From an uncultured Gammaproteobacteria bacterium (GTDB lineage Bacteria > Patescibacteriota > Microgenomatia > Levybacterales > GWA1-39-11), in NCBI GenBank assembly GCA_964640435.1, contig CAZXFJ010000002.1, forward strand, positions 4,175 to 68,174: a DNA stretch of 64,000 nt, written 5' to 3'. The notes beneath the pieces were generated by a model, which made no database searches, was not told where the DNA came from, and worked only from the letters and a program-made list of their open reading frames with translations. Both the position numbers and the translations under genes were made by a program. This document shows, one piece after another, positions 18,389 through 28,538 of this stretch (within the stretch, counting starts at the first letter, position 1; each line of letters starts with the position of its first letter).

Positions 18389-19100
18389 AAAATTATCGGA
18401 ATTATCCATATTTTTCCCCTTCTGGAATGAAGAAAACAATATCCAAAAAGTAGTTTTGGATGCTATTCCTGTTGCAGAAAAATCAGCTGATAAGTGGGAG
18501 ATAATAATGGTTGATGATGGATCCAGTGACAGAACAGGTGAAATAGCTGAGGATTTAGTTAAGACAAACAAAAACCTAAAAGCGGTAAGACTCCACCCAA
18601 ACAGGGGGTATGGTGCTGCATTAAGATCGGGGTTTGAACACGCAAAATACAAATATGTTGTGTTTACTGATGGCGATCTCCAGTTTGATTTCTCAGAGCT
18701 AGATAGATTTATAGAAAAGATTGATGAAGCAGATATAGTTATAGGTTACAGAAAGACAAGGCGTGACGAGAAGATCTTTAAAAGATTGCTTCTCATGAAT
18801 CTCTTAAAAATTTGGGATTTCATTCTTTTTGGTTTCCATTTTAAGGATATAGATTGCGGATTTAAAATGTTCAAGCGTGAAGCTGTGAAGGAGTTAATGC
18901 CTCTTAGATCAGAAGGCGCTATGATAACAACTGAGATTTTGGCAAAAGCAAAAAAGAAAAAGCTAAAGATAGTTCAGGTTGGAGTTGAGCATTATCCACG
19001 CCAGCATGGAGTTCAAACAGGAGCAAACCTCTTTGTAATCATCAGGGCAGTTCTCGAAAGCCTTATACTCTGGTCTGATATTCACAATGGTCGAGTATAG
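18381..19100 (+). CDS. GT2, polyprenol-phosphate glycosyltransferase (DPM-synthase-like)
   Basis: 'VDDGSSD', 'NRGYGAA', 'FTDGDLQF' and 'DIDCGFK'. Confidence 0.9.
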   Translation: MAKKLSELSIFFPFWNEENNIQKVVLDAIPVAEKSADKWEIIMVDDGSSDRTGEIAEDLVKTNKNLKAVRLHPNRGYGAALRSGFEHAKYKYVVFTDGDLQFDFSELDRFIEKIDEADIVIGYRKTRRDEKIFKRLLLMNLLKIWDFILFGFHFKDIDCGFKMFKREAVKELMPLRSEGAMITTEILAKAKKKKLKIVQVGVEHYPRQHGVQTGANLFVIIRAVLESLILWSDIHNGRV

Positions 19101-19103
19101 TTT

Positions 19104-20561
19104 ATGGATGAGTTTAATTTTGAAGTTGTCGCTGTAAAGTCAATAAAAGGTGTTTTTGCTCTTTTTACTAGAACTTTCTTTATTCAAGTACTCTCGGTTG
19201 TAGCAAGTTTCATTTTAACCGTTTATCTATCTCCTGCAAACTACGGAGTTTTCTTCATAGTTTCATCAATAATTGTTTTCCTAACTTATTTTCAAGATAT
19301 AGGTCTTGCAGCGGCGCTTATTCAGAAAAAAGAAGAAGTTACAGTTGAAGAATTGAGAACAACGTTTACCCTTCAGCAGCTTTTAGTTGGTGGTTTGATA
19401 ATAATCGCACTTATTCTATCAAAACCAATAACCTCAATTTATCATTTGGACACACCGGGGTATATGCTGTTTTTAGCTCTGCTTTTTTCGTTTTTTATAA
19501 CTTCGCTTCGAACAATTCCCACGATCATGATGGAGAGGAAGCTGGACTACAAACGATTAGTAATACCTGAGATCGCTGAAAGTCTTACATACAACATTAT
19601 ATTAATTGTAATGGCTGTAGGTGGTTTTGGTTTGGCAACATTTACTTTTGCAGTTCTTGCTCGATGTGTTGTTGGGCTTATTGCAACTTATGTTGTTCAG
19701 CCTTGGCCGATTGGTATATCTTTTCATTTCAACTCAATCAAGAGACTATTTTCTTTTGGTGTGCCATATCAGGCAAATACATTTCTTGCGTTGTTTAAAG
19801 ACAATTTAATAACAATTTATATAGGAGGAATACTTCCAGCAGCTCAGGTTGGGTATATAGGTTTTGCTGAAAAATGGGCATATATGCCTTTACGACTTGT
19901 AATGGATAACGTTATTAGGATTGCGTTTCCTTCAATGAGTCGACTTCAACACGATAAGCCATCGCTTAGAACTGCTATTGAAAAATCTTTGTTTTTAGTA
20001 TCATTTTTCATTTTTCCTATTGTTGTTTGCATAATTCACTTCGCACCATTCTTGGTTGAATTTATTCCTCGTTACGGCAAATGGCAGCCAGCACTTCTAG
20101 CACTATCCTTTTATGCATTAAATACCGTTTTTTCATCTATCTCAACGCCTCTTACAAATTTCCTTACGGCAATAGGAAAAGTGAAGATAACTTTTTACTT
20201 TATGATTCTTTGGACGGTTGGAATTTGGGTATTAACTCCGCTTTTCATTATGAAATTTGGATTTAACGGAGTCGCTGCTGCATCGTTTATTGTTTCTACA
20301 TCTTCGATTCTGGTTTTTGTTGTTGCAAGGCGATACATAGAGTTTTCATTCACCAAACCAGTTTTAAGACAATTTTTAGCTGCAATTGTTATGTTTATCT
20401 TTATATATCTGACACGTGGCATGATAACTAATTTTCCGACCTTAATTGTTAATGCGTTGCTTGCGGCAGTTGTTTACGTAGGATTTTTAATCCTTATAGC
20501 ACGAGAGGAGCTTATAAAAACATTTTCATTTATAATTATAAGTATAAGAAAGAAGGCCTAA
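19104..20561 (+). CDS. Wzx/MOP-family oligosaccharide flippase
   Basis: 'LSPANYG', 'DIGLAAALIQKKE' and 'QVGY'; polytopic membrane protein of 485 aa. Confidence 0.85.
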   Translation: MDEFNFEVVAVKSIKGVFALFTRTFFIQVLSVVASFILTVYLSPANYGVFFIVSSIIVFLTYFQDIGLAAALIQKKEEVTVEELRTTFTLQQLLVGGLIIIALILSKPITSIYHLDTPGYMLFLALLFSFFITSLRTIPTIMMERKLDYKRLVIPEIAESLTYNIILIVMAVGGFGLATFTFAVLARCVVGLIATYVVQPWPIGISFHFNSIKRLFSFGVPYQANTFLALFKDNLITIYIGGILPAAQVGYIGFAEKWAYMPLRLVMDNVIRIAFPSMSRLQHDKPSLRTAIEKSLFLVSFFIFPIVVCIIHFAPFLVEFIPRYGKWQPALLALSFYALNTVFSSISTPLTNFLTAIGKVKITFYFMILWTVGIWVLTPLFIMKFGFNGVAAASFIVSTSSILVFVVARRYIEFSFTKPVLRQFLAAIVMFIFIYLTRGMITNFPTLIVNALLAAVVYVGFLILIAREELIKTFSFIIISIRKKA

Positions 20562-21485
20562 ATGAATAAGTTATCTGTTGTTATTTCAGCATACAATGAA
20601 GAGAAAAATATTAAAGACTGCTTGGAATCTATTAAAGAATTAGCAGATGAAATTATAGTAGTTAATAATTCGTCAACTGATAAAACCGAGGAGATATCTA
20701 AAAAATACACTAAGAAAATTTTTAACCAAGAAAATAACCCATTAAAAATTGACCTCCAGAAGAATTTTGGTTTTTCTAAAGCAACTGGCGATTGGATATT
20801 AAGTCTTGATGCTGATGAAAGAGTAACATCTGAGCTTGCAGGTGAAATTAAAACTGTGATTGAGAATGACGCTAATGAAGGATATTGGATCCCTCGAAAA
20901 AATATGATTTTTGGGAAATGGATAAAAAGCGATATGTGGTGGCCAGATTATCAGCTTAAGTTATTCAAAAATGGAAAGGGTAAATTTGAAAAAAGTACCA
21001 TACATAAGGCTCTTCAAGTAGCTGGTCAAACAGAAAAATTGGAGAATTATCTTATCCACAACAATTATACTTCCGTTTCCCAATTTGTAATAAGACTTAA
21101 TAGTTACACAGATCTAGAAGCCGAGAATCGTGTATCGGATGGGTATCGCTTTAGTGCATTTGATGCCATACGCTTTCCTGTAGATGATTTTGTTAAAACA
21201 TACTTTTTACAGAAAGGTTACCAAGATGGATTACATGGACTTGTTCTTAGTATACTGCAGGCATTTTATATGGAGGTTGTATTTGCAAAATTATGGGAGA
21301 AAAAAGACTTTGAAGATGTATCTGATCCTGGTTTTACTAATGGTGTTCAGAAAGAATTTATTAATTCAGGAAATAAAGTGAAATACTGGGTTAAGACAAT
21401 CCTCATTGATAGTTCAAAAAATCCAGTGCGAAAAATTTTGCTTAAGACTTCACGAAAAATTACATCCTCTAAAATAAAAGAATAG
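20562..21485 (+). CDS. GT2, beta-1,4-glucosyltransferase-like (WaaE/LgtF-like)
   Basis: 'YNEE', 'WILSLDADE', 'WPDYQLKLF' and 'GYQDGLHG'. Confidence 0.85.
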   Translation: MNKLSVVISAYNEEKNIKDCLESIKELADEIIVVNNSSTDKTEEISKKYTKKIFNQENNPLKIDLQKNFGFSKATGDWILSLDADERVTSELAGEIKTVIENDANEGYWIPRKNMIFGKWIKSDMWWPDYQLKLFKNGKGKFEKSTIHKALQVAGQTEKLENYLIHNNYTSVSQFVIRLNSYTDLEAENRVSDGYRFSAFDAIRFPVDDFVKTYFLQKGYQDGLHGLVLSILQAFYMEVVFAKLWEKKDFEDVSDPGFTNGVQKEFINSGNKVKYWVKTILIDSSKNPVRKILLKTSRKITSSKIKE

Positions 21486-21486
21486 T

Positions 21487-22398
21487 ATGAAAAAAGTTTT
21501 TATAGTGGTTTTAAATTACAATGGATATAAGTCTACTATTGAATGTCTTGAATCATTAAATAGACTAAATAATAAAGGCATCGAGATAGAAACATTGGTA
21601 GTTGATAATGATTCACAGGATGGATCGGTAGAAAAAATAAGAGATAAGTTTCCAAAGCTTACAATAATTGAAAACCAAGAGAATCAGGGCTTTTCCGGAG
21701 GATGTAATGAAGGCATTCGTTATGCCCTTAAAGGAGATGCAAGTCACATAATGGTACTCAATAATGATACTAGGGTTGATGCTGATTTAATTATTAATCT
21801 TGTTGAGGCTTCAGAAGAAGAAGGGGTTGCAGGAGTAGTGCCCAAAATATATTTTGAAAAAGGATTTGAATTCCATAAGGATAAATATGATAAATCTGAT
21901 TTAGGTAAAGTTATTTGGTACGCAGGTGGAAAAATGGATTGGCAAAATTTGATTGGGAAAAATATTGGCGTTGATGAGGTTGATAATGGACAATTTGAGG
22001 AGAAGAGAAGGACTGAACTTGCAACTGGCTGTTGTTTTTTAATCAAAGCAGAAGTACTAAAAAAAATTGGATTGTTTGATCATAGATATTTTCTTTATTA
22101 TGAAGATGCTGATTTATCAGAAAGAATAAGAAAAGCAGGTTACTCAATAATATTTGAACCAAAAGCAGTTCTTTGGCATAAGAATGCTGAGTCAAGTGGA
22201 GGATCAGGATCTGGCTTGCAAGATTATTATATAAGTAGGAATCGTTTATTATTTGGAATGACATATGCTCCACTGAAGACAAGGCTAGCGCTCTTTCGAG
22301 AAAGCCTGGCATTGCTCAAAGGGGGAAGAGCATGGCAGAAAATTGGCGTTCGTGATTACTATATTAAGAAGTTTGGTAAGGGAAGCTATAAAAAATAA
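21487..22398 (+). CDS. GT2 (rhamnosyltransferase-like subfamily)
   Basis: 'LNYNG', 'NQGFSGGCN', 'LNND', 'GCCFLI' and 'FLYYEDADLS'. Confidence 0.88.
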   Translation: MKKVFIVVLNYNGYKSTIECLESLNRLNNKGIEIETLVVDNDSQDGSVEKIRDKFPKLTIIENQENQGFSGGCNEGIRYALKGDASHIMVLNNDTRVDADLIINLVEASEEEGVAGVVPKIYFEKGFEFHKDKYDKSDLGKVIWYAGGKMDWQNLIGKNIGVDEVDNGQFEEKRRTELATGCCFLIKAEVLKKIGLFDHRYFLYYEDADLSERIRKAGYSIIFEPKAVLWHKNAESSGGSGSGLQDYYISRNRLLFGMTYAPLKTRLALFRESLALLKGGRAWQKIGVRDYYIKKFGKGSYKK

Positions 22399-22400
22399 AA

Positions 22401-24053
22401 ATGAAATTATTAAAATCGCAATGGGGATTGTTACTGGTTTTTTTTCTTTGTTTAATTCCTTTATATCCTTTGTTGCATTCGGGTTTACCCATAACTCATG
22501 ATGGGCAAGACCATGTGGCAAGAATTGCTAACTTTTACCAAAGCCTAATGGAAGGTGTTATCGTGCCTAGGTGGGCAGGAAACCTAAATTGGGGGTATGG
22601 ACATCCGATTTTGATGTTTTTATATCCGGCATCTTCATATTCTACCTCCCTAATACATTTACTCGGCTTCGGATTAGTTGATTCAGTAAAAATTACATTT
22701 GGTTTATCCTTCATTTTGAGCGGTGTTTTTATGTATTTATGGTTGCGAGAATATTTAAGCAATGAAGCTGCAGTAGTTGGGGCAATTTTATATAACTTTG
22801 CACCTTATAGATTTGTAGATCTATATGTTCGGGGTGCAATAGGGGAGCATGTAGCTTTTGTATTTTTGCCACTAGTTTTATTTTTTCTGTTAAAAATTTC
22901 AAGATCTGAGAACTTTAACAGGTTCTATTTTTCATTTGCATCAATTTCAATTGCAGGATTACTCCTCGCCCATAATGCTATAAGTATTATGTTTCTACCC
23001 TTTATATTAATTTATGCGATTTATCTTGTATACATTAATAAAAAAAGGCTTAAAGAATTATTGGCACAATATATAGGCGTATTAGCATTAGGATTTGGGC
23101 TATCTTCCTTTTTCCTTGTGCCAGCTTTTATAGAGGGAAAATATACATTAAGAGATATTGTTACCGGAAGTGATGCTTTAAAGCGCTTTATTGATTTTAA
23201 AGATATCATTTATAGCCCGTGGGGGTATGGTGTTAGTGGCAATTTTTCTGTTCAGCTTGGGATATTTCAATGGATTTCAGTTTTAGCTTTTCCTTTTGTT
23301 TTATATTTTTTACATAAGAAAAAGAACAAGGATTGGATTTTCTACTTAATAACTTTTGTATATTTTCTGGGAAGTATTTTCATTATGTTACCATTGTCGG
23401 ATTTTGTTTGGAGAATAATAACAACCCTTCAAAAGTTTCAGTTCCCATGGAGATTCCTATCTATCTCTGTATTTACCTCAGCAGTGTTGGGAGCATATTT
23501 AATTTTTATTCTTCCCCAAAGATTTGTAAAGCCAGTTGTGATTATATTTATATTACTAACATTGGGAATTAGCTATACGTATTGGCAACCAAAGGGATAT
23601 CTTGAGGAGCCCACAAGTTTTTATACGGGTATATATAAGGGTACAACAGACACGGGTGAAAGTGCCCCGATTTGGTCAGTAAGATTTATGGAGAAGCAAG
23701 CAAAGGCACCAATTGAGGTTATAAAAGGAAAAGCTAATATAAAACAAATCAGTAAGTCATCAACAAATCACGTCTATATTATTACCTCTGACGAAAAAGT
23801 TCAATTGAAAGAGAATACTTTGTATTTTCCTGGATGGAGAATTTATGTTGATGGCGTGCAAGATTCCAATGTTCAATTTCAAGATACAAACAATCGTGGA
23901 TTAATGACATTTTATGTTCCAGAAGGAAAGCATAATGTTGAAATTAAATTTGGTGATACCAGACTAAGAACGTTATCAAATTATTTGTCGCTTGCTTCTC
24001 TAATAATTTTATTTGGAGTCATCTTTAGTACGTTTAAAGTTTCTAAAAAATGA
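22401..24053 (+). CDS. 'PTPS-related' GT-C-type membrane protein
   Basis: 'THDGQDH', 'PRW...GYGHP', 'YVRGAIGE', 'AHN', 'QFPWR' and 'YFPGW'. Confidence 0.8.
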   Translation: MKLLKSQWGLLLVFFLCLIPLYPLLHSGLPITHDGQDHVARIANFYQSLMEGVIVPRWAGNLNWGYGHPILMFLYPASSYSTSLIHLLGFGLVDSVKITFGLSFILSGVFMYLWLREYLSNEAAVVGAILYNFAPYRFVDLYVRGAIGEHVAFVFLPLVLFFLLKISRSENFNRFYFSFASISIAGLLLAHNAISIMFLPFILIYAIYLVYINKKRLKELLAQYIGVLALGFGLSSFFLVPAFIEGKYTLRDIVTGSDALKRFIDFKDIIYSPWGYGVSGNFSVQLGIFQWISVLAFPFVLYFLHKKKNKDWIFYLITFVYFLGSIFIMLPLSDFVWRIITTLQKFQFPWRFLSISVFTSAVLGAYLIFILPQRFVKPVVIIFILLTLGISYTYWQPKGYLEEPTSFYTGIYKGTTDTGESAPIWSVRFMEKQAKAPIEVIKGKANIKQISKSSTNHVYIITSDEKVQLKENTLYFPGWRIYVDGVQDSNVQFQDTNNRGLMTFYVPEGKHNVEIKFGDTRLRTLSNYLSLASLIILFGVIFSTFKVSKK

Positions 24054-26374
24054 AAAAAATACTTTTAGCTTTTTGGCCTGTTATTTTTATTTTCTTTATT
24101 TGGGGAATATTTGCATCACCCTATTTTTTAAAAAATGAAGTTCCTTTCCCATCAACATATTTAGTAACTAACTTTGGCCCATGGAATAACTATGTTGGAT
24201 ATTTAGGTCCTGTCAAAAATAGTGCAACACCTGATGTAATAAGTCAGATATTTCCGTGGAAAAATCTGGTGATAGAATCTTGGAAGAGTGGACAGGTACC
24301 TTTATGGAATACATATGTATTTTCGGGTACACCTCTTCTTGCTAACTATCAGTCAGCCGCATTAACTCCATCTAACTTGATCTATTTTATTCTTCCTTTT
24401 ATAGATGCATGGAGTCTGCAGGTGCTTTTTCAACCACTGCTTGCCGGACTATTTATGTATTTCTTTGTAAGGTCTTTGAAGCTTTCTCATTCGGCAAGTC
24501 TTATATCATCACTGGCATTTATGTTCTGTGGGTTCATAACAACTTGGGGCCTTTATGGGGCTTTAGGCTATGCAATTCTCTTTCTTCCTTTATCTCTTTT
24601 TGCTTTGGAGAAATTTTATCAAGAGAAAAAATGGTATTACCTAGTTCTTCTAGCACTTACTATTCCTTTATCTTTTTTTGCAGGTCATTTCCAAACAAGT
24701 CTGTATTTCCTTTTGATAGTTGGGGCTTACAGCATTTTCAAGTTAATTCAGGTAAAAGATATTAAAACTTTTTCTTACAGCATTTTCTCAATTATTTTCG
24801 GTTTGCTTCTATGTGCTCCTCAGCTACTCCCGTCGATTGAGTTCTATCAAGAATCTGTAAGAAGTGCGATATTTCAAAAAATTGAAGCAATTCAATGGAC
24901 TTATTTGCCATCTTTTATAGCCCCTGATTTTTTTGGAAATCCTGTTACCGCCAACAATTGGTTCGGACACTATGCTGAATGGAATTCATACATTGGAATA
25001 ATACCTTTTATTTTAGGATTTTACTCTCTACGAAAAAGAAGTATCTATGTCCTATTTTTTGGAATTGTAGCTTTAGTAAGCCTACTATTAGCATTTGATA
25101 CTCCGTTATTAAACTTATTGATAGCATTGAAGATACCAGTACTATCCACGAGTGCTGCGAGTAGGATTATTGTTTTATTTAGTTTATCAATGTCTGTTCT
25201 CGCGGGATTTGGATTTGATAAATTGATGGCTGATTTAGAAAATAAAAAAAATACGCCAATTGTTTCTCTAATTGCCATATTTGCAGTGGTGTTTGGAGTT
25301 ATTTGGTTTTGTTTGATAACGAAGGTGTTTATTGATCCAGAAAAAGTATCCATTTCTCTTTCTAATTTTCGTTTGCCAACAATAATCTTTGCTGTATTTG
25401 CCGCTTCAGTACTGGCAAATAAATTTGTAAAGAATAAAAAAATACTAATTGGGGTAGGAGCATTAATAATCCTTTTAACTGCATTCGATCTTTTAAGATT
25501 TACCACAAAGTGGTATCCATTCGAGTCAAGGGATTATGTCTATCCTAAAATATCTATATCAAATCAGCTGAATTCTATGGCAGGTTACAATAGGGAATTT
25601 GGAAACTTTGACCAACAGGCATCAGAGATGTATAAGATACCAAATCTGGAAGGTTACGATCCACTATATATTCAAAGATATGGAGAATTTCTAGCTGCAG
25701 GGAAAGACGGAAAATATCACACGCCAGAAAGATCTGTTGTTACTTTATCAAAAAACGGGGATTATACCGGAAAAATTTTAAACTTTCTTGGCGTTAAGTA
25801 TATTATTCACAAACTAGCCGATGGACAAAATGTGTGGGCATTTCCGTTTTGGGAGTATCCTGCTGACCAATTTAAGGAGATTTTTAAAGACAATGTGTAT
25901 CAGGTTTTTAATAACGATAAAGTACTTCCTCGTGCATTTATCGTGGGTGATGTAAAAGTTGTCGTAGATAAGCAAGATGCAATTAAAGAATTATTTAAAG
26001 ATAGCTTGGATTTTTCGAAAACAGTAGTATTGGAAGAAAATCCTGGGGATAATATTATAAATGGTGCTACAGGATCAGCATCAATAGTATCATATAGCCC
26101 AAATGAAATAAAAATAGATGTTTTATCGAGTGGTTCAGGAATTTTAATTCTTTCAGATCCTTATTATCCAGGTTGGAAAGCATATGTTGATGAAAAACAG
26201 ACTAAAATCTATCGATCTAATTATGCATTTCGTGGCATAGTAATTCCTGATGGAAAACACGCGGTAGTTTTTCGATATGAGCCTGATAGTTTTAGAAATG
26301 GTTTGATTATTGCTTTTGGTGGAGTTATTGGAATAGTAATATTAAGCTTGTATCTAAAGTTTGGTAAAAAGTAA
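24050..26374 (+). CDS. YfhO-family GT-C membrane protein
   Basis: 'PLWNTYVFSGTPLLANYQ', 'GHFQ', 'PDFFGNP', 'GYDPL' and 'YYPGW...NYAFRG'. Confidence 0.85.
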   Translation: MKKILLAFWPVIFIFFIWGIFASPYFLKNEVPFPSTYLVTNFGPWNNYVGYLGPVKNSATPDVISQIFPWKNLVIESWKSGQVPLWNTYVFSGTPLLANYQSAALTPSNLIYFILPFIDAWSLQVLFQPLLAGLFMYFFVRSLKLSHSASLISSLAFMFCGFITTWGLYGALGYAILFLPLSLFALEKFYQEKKWYYLVLLALTIPLSFFAGHFQTSLYFLLIVGAYSIFKLIQVKDIKTFSYSIFSIIFGLLLCAPQLLPSIEFYQESVRSAIFQKIEAIQWTYLPSFIAPDFFGNPVTANNWFGHYAEWNSYIGIIPFILGFYSLRKRSIYVLFFGIVALVSLLLAFDTPLLNLLIALKIPVLSTSAASRIIVLFSLSMSVLAGFGFDKLMADLENKKNTPIVSLIAIFAVVFGVIWFCLITKVFIDPEKVSISLSNFRLPTIIFAVFAASVLANKFVKNKKILIGVGALIILLTAFDLLRFTTKWYPFESRDYVYPKISISNQLNSMAGYNREFGNFDQQASEMYKIPNLEGYDPLYIQRYGEFLAAGKDGKYHTPERSVVTLSKNGDYTGKILNFLGVKYIIHKLADGQNVWAFPFWEYPADQFKEIFKDNVYQVFNNDKVLPRAFIVGDVKVVVDKQDAIKELFKDSLDFSKTVVLEENPGDNIINGATGSASIVSYSPNEIKIDVLSSGSGILILSDPYYPGWKAYVDEKQTKIYRSNYAFRGIVIPDGKHAVVFRYEPDSFRNGLIIAFGGVIGIVILSLYLKFGKK

Positions 26375-26386
26375 TATAATTTAAAG

Positions 26387-27151
26387 ATGGATAAAATTTC
26401 AGTTCTTATAATTACAAAAAATGAAGAGGATGTTATAGGTGATTGTATAAAATCAGTTAAAGATTTTGCATCAGAGGTTATAGTTATAGATGGCGGTTCA
26501 ACTGATAATACAATAAAAATAGCTGATAAGCTTGGTGCAAAGGTTATTAAGAATCCATTTAAAAATTTCTCCGATCAGCGAAACTTAGCACTCTCAGCCG
26601 CACATGAAAAATGGATTTTTTATATTGACTCAGATGAGCGAGCAAGCGATGAATTTGCTGCGGAGTTAAAAGAAAAGATTGCATTATTCGATGATCAAGA
26701 TGATGTCGCGGGTTTTTGGGTGGAAAGAAAAACTTTTTATTTAGGTCGCGATTGGCATCTTAAAGATCGGGTTCAAAGGGTTTTTAAAAAGGACAAGTTA
26801 AAAGAATGGCATGGAGTTGTACATGAAACACCAGATGTTAATGGTAAATTATTTGAGATAGCTTCACCAATTCTTCATTATACCCATCGAAATATCGAGC
26901 AAATGTTAGCGAAAACAAATGAATGGTCAGAATATGAGGCAGAATTAAGATTTCGTGCTGGACATCCAAAAATGAGCTGGTGGCGTTTTCCACGAGTAAT
27001 GATCAGTGCCTTCTTTGGATCGTACCTTCTAAATAATGGTTTTAGAAACGGTACAGCGGGATTAATTGAAGCTATATTTCAAAGCTACTCAATGTATATA
27101 ACATATGCAAAGCTTTGGGAACTTCAAAACGGTAGAACTTCAAGTAGATAA
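26387..27151 (+). CDS. GT2, beta-1,4-glucosyltransferase-like
   Basis: 'KNEE', 'YIDSDE', 'GVVHE' and 'GFRNGTAG'. Confidence 0.85.
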   Translation: MDKISVLIITKNEEDVIGDCIKSVKDFASEVIVIDGGSTDNTIKIADKLGAKVIKNPFKNFSDQRNLALSAAHEKWIFYIDSDERASDEFAAELKEKIALFDDQDDVAGFWVERKTFYLGRDWHLKDRVQRVFKKDKLKEWHGVVHETPDVNGKLFEIASPILHYTHRNIEQMLAKTNEWSEYEAELRFRAGHPKMSWWRFPRVMISAFFGSYLLNNGFRNGTAGLIEAIFQSYSMYITYAKLWELQNGRTSSR

Positions 27152-27156
27152 TTTGC

Positions 27157-27390
27157 CTACTTACTTGGCATCCAGGATTTAATTTCTTTTACTGTTAGAG
27201 GTTTTGTAGCGAACTTAAATAAGTATATGATTTCAAGGATGCCAACAGTATTTAATACTAAAATTGCTATAAACCAATTACGTTGTTTAAGATGAGCAGA
27301 TCGCCATAGAGCAAAACCTTTCCACAGAAGAGACCAAATATACAAGATTAAAAAGAGATAGGGTGAATTTAATACAAAGTTACCATCCAT
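27157..27390 (-). CDS. Small membrane protein, DUF5652-like
   Basis: 'WSLLWKGFALWRSA...WFIAILVLNTVGILEIIYL'. Confidence 0.8.
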   Translation of the reverse strand: MDGNFVLNSPYLFLILYIWSLLWKGFALWRSAHLKQRNWFIAILVLNTVGILEIIYLFKFATKPLTVKEIKSWMPSK

Positions 27391-27472
27391 AAGGACAATA
27401 TATCACAATAAACCTTAATTTAACAACTATTTAGGTTGTTATGCAGTACTTTAGTTGTTAGAATTAAATATC
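27391..27472. promoter_or_regulatory. Divergent promoter region with TAACAAC/GTTGTTA repeats
   Basis: Extended -10-like boxes on both strands, plus TAACAAC at 27421-27427 and GTTGTTA at 27435-27441 and 27454-27460. Confidence 0.5.
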
Positions 27473-28534
27473 ATGCGTATTGGAATATTTGACCCATATT
27501 TAGACGATCTTGGGGGTGGAGAAAAATATATGATGACAGTGGCATCATGCTTATCTCAAAATAATGATGTTACGGTATTTTGGAATAGTAAAGAGGATGT
27601 TGATGCTGTTTCAAAGCGATTTTCTTTGGATTTATCCAAAGTTAATGTTTCTGCAAATATTTTTTCACCCCATGTTAGCTTTATTAAGCGAATGATGGTA
27701 TCAAAAAATTATGACGTAATAATATATTTATCAGATGGAAGTGTTCCAACCGTTCTTTCTAGGAAATTATTTCTACACATACAGCAACCACTTACTAATA
27801 TTCATCCCAATATTAAATTGCGCCTTAAAATGAAAAAGGTCAACAAAATATTTGTAAATTCATTCTTTACAAAAGACTTTGTTGATAAGGAGTTCGGAAC
27901 TAATAGCGTTGTGGTATATCCGCCTGTAGAAATACATCATAAAAAAATTAAAAAAGAAAATTTCATATTACATGTTGGAAGGTTCAGGATTAAAGGATTT
28001 ACCAACTTTAAAAAGCAAGACGTTTTAGTTGAGCAATTTAAGAAATTAGAGAAAGACGGGCTTAAGAACTGGAAGCTACTAATGGCTGTTTCTGTAAATC
28101 CTGGTGACGAAGAGTTATTTGAAGAGTTTAGAAAGAGTGCTAATGGGGGCAATATTGAATTTCTTGTTAATAAGACAAACACGGAGCTATGGGAAATATA
28201 TTCTGCCTCAAAAATATATTGGCATGCATCTGGTTTTGGCGAAGATCTAGATAAAAATCCCGAGATGGCTGAGCATTTTGGAATTTCAACTGTTGAAGCA
28301 ATGGGATCAGGTTGTGTTCCTGTTGTTATTAACGCAGGTGGACAAAAAGAAATTGTCGAGGATAATGTTACAGGATTTTTATGGAACACGCTGGAAGAGT
28401 TACGCGAGAAAACACTTTTGCTTACAAATGAGGATAAAATCCGAGAGACCATGGCCGAAGAGGGGATAAAGCGCGCAAAGGATTTTTCAGATAAACGTTT
28501 TTATGAAGATATCGATAATCTGGTAGGAAGATAA
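27473..28534 (+). CDS. GT4 glycosyltransferase
   Basis: 'GGGEKY', 'VGRF' and 'EHFGISTVEAMGSG'. Start set at ATG 27473, 8 nt after TGtTAGAAT. Confidence 0.9.
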   Translation: MRIGIFDPYLDDLGGGEKYMMTVASCLSQNNDVTVFWNSKEDVDAVSKRFSLDLSKVNVSANIFSPHVSFIKRMMVSKNYDVIIYLSDGSVPTVLSRKLFLHIQQPLTNIHPNIKLRLKMKKVNKIFVNSFFTKDFVDKEFGTNSVVVYPPVEIHHKKIKKENFILHVGRFRIKGFTNFKKQDVLVEQFKKLEKDGLKNWKLLMAVSVNPGDEELFEEFRKSANGGNIEFLVNKTNTELWEIYSASKIYWHASGFGEDLDKNPEMAEHFGISTVEAMGSGCVPVVINAGGQKEIVEDNVTGFLWNTLEELREKTLLLTNEDKIRETMAEEGIKRAKDFSDKRFYEDIDNLVGR

Positions 28535-28538
28535 ATGT

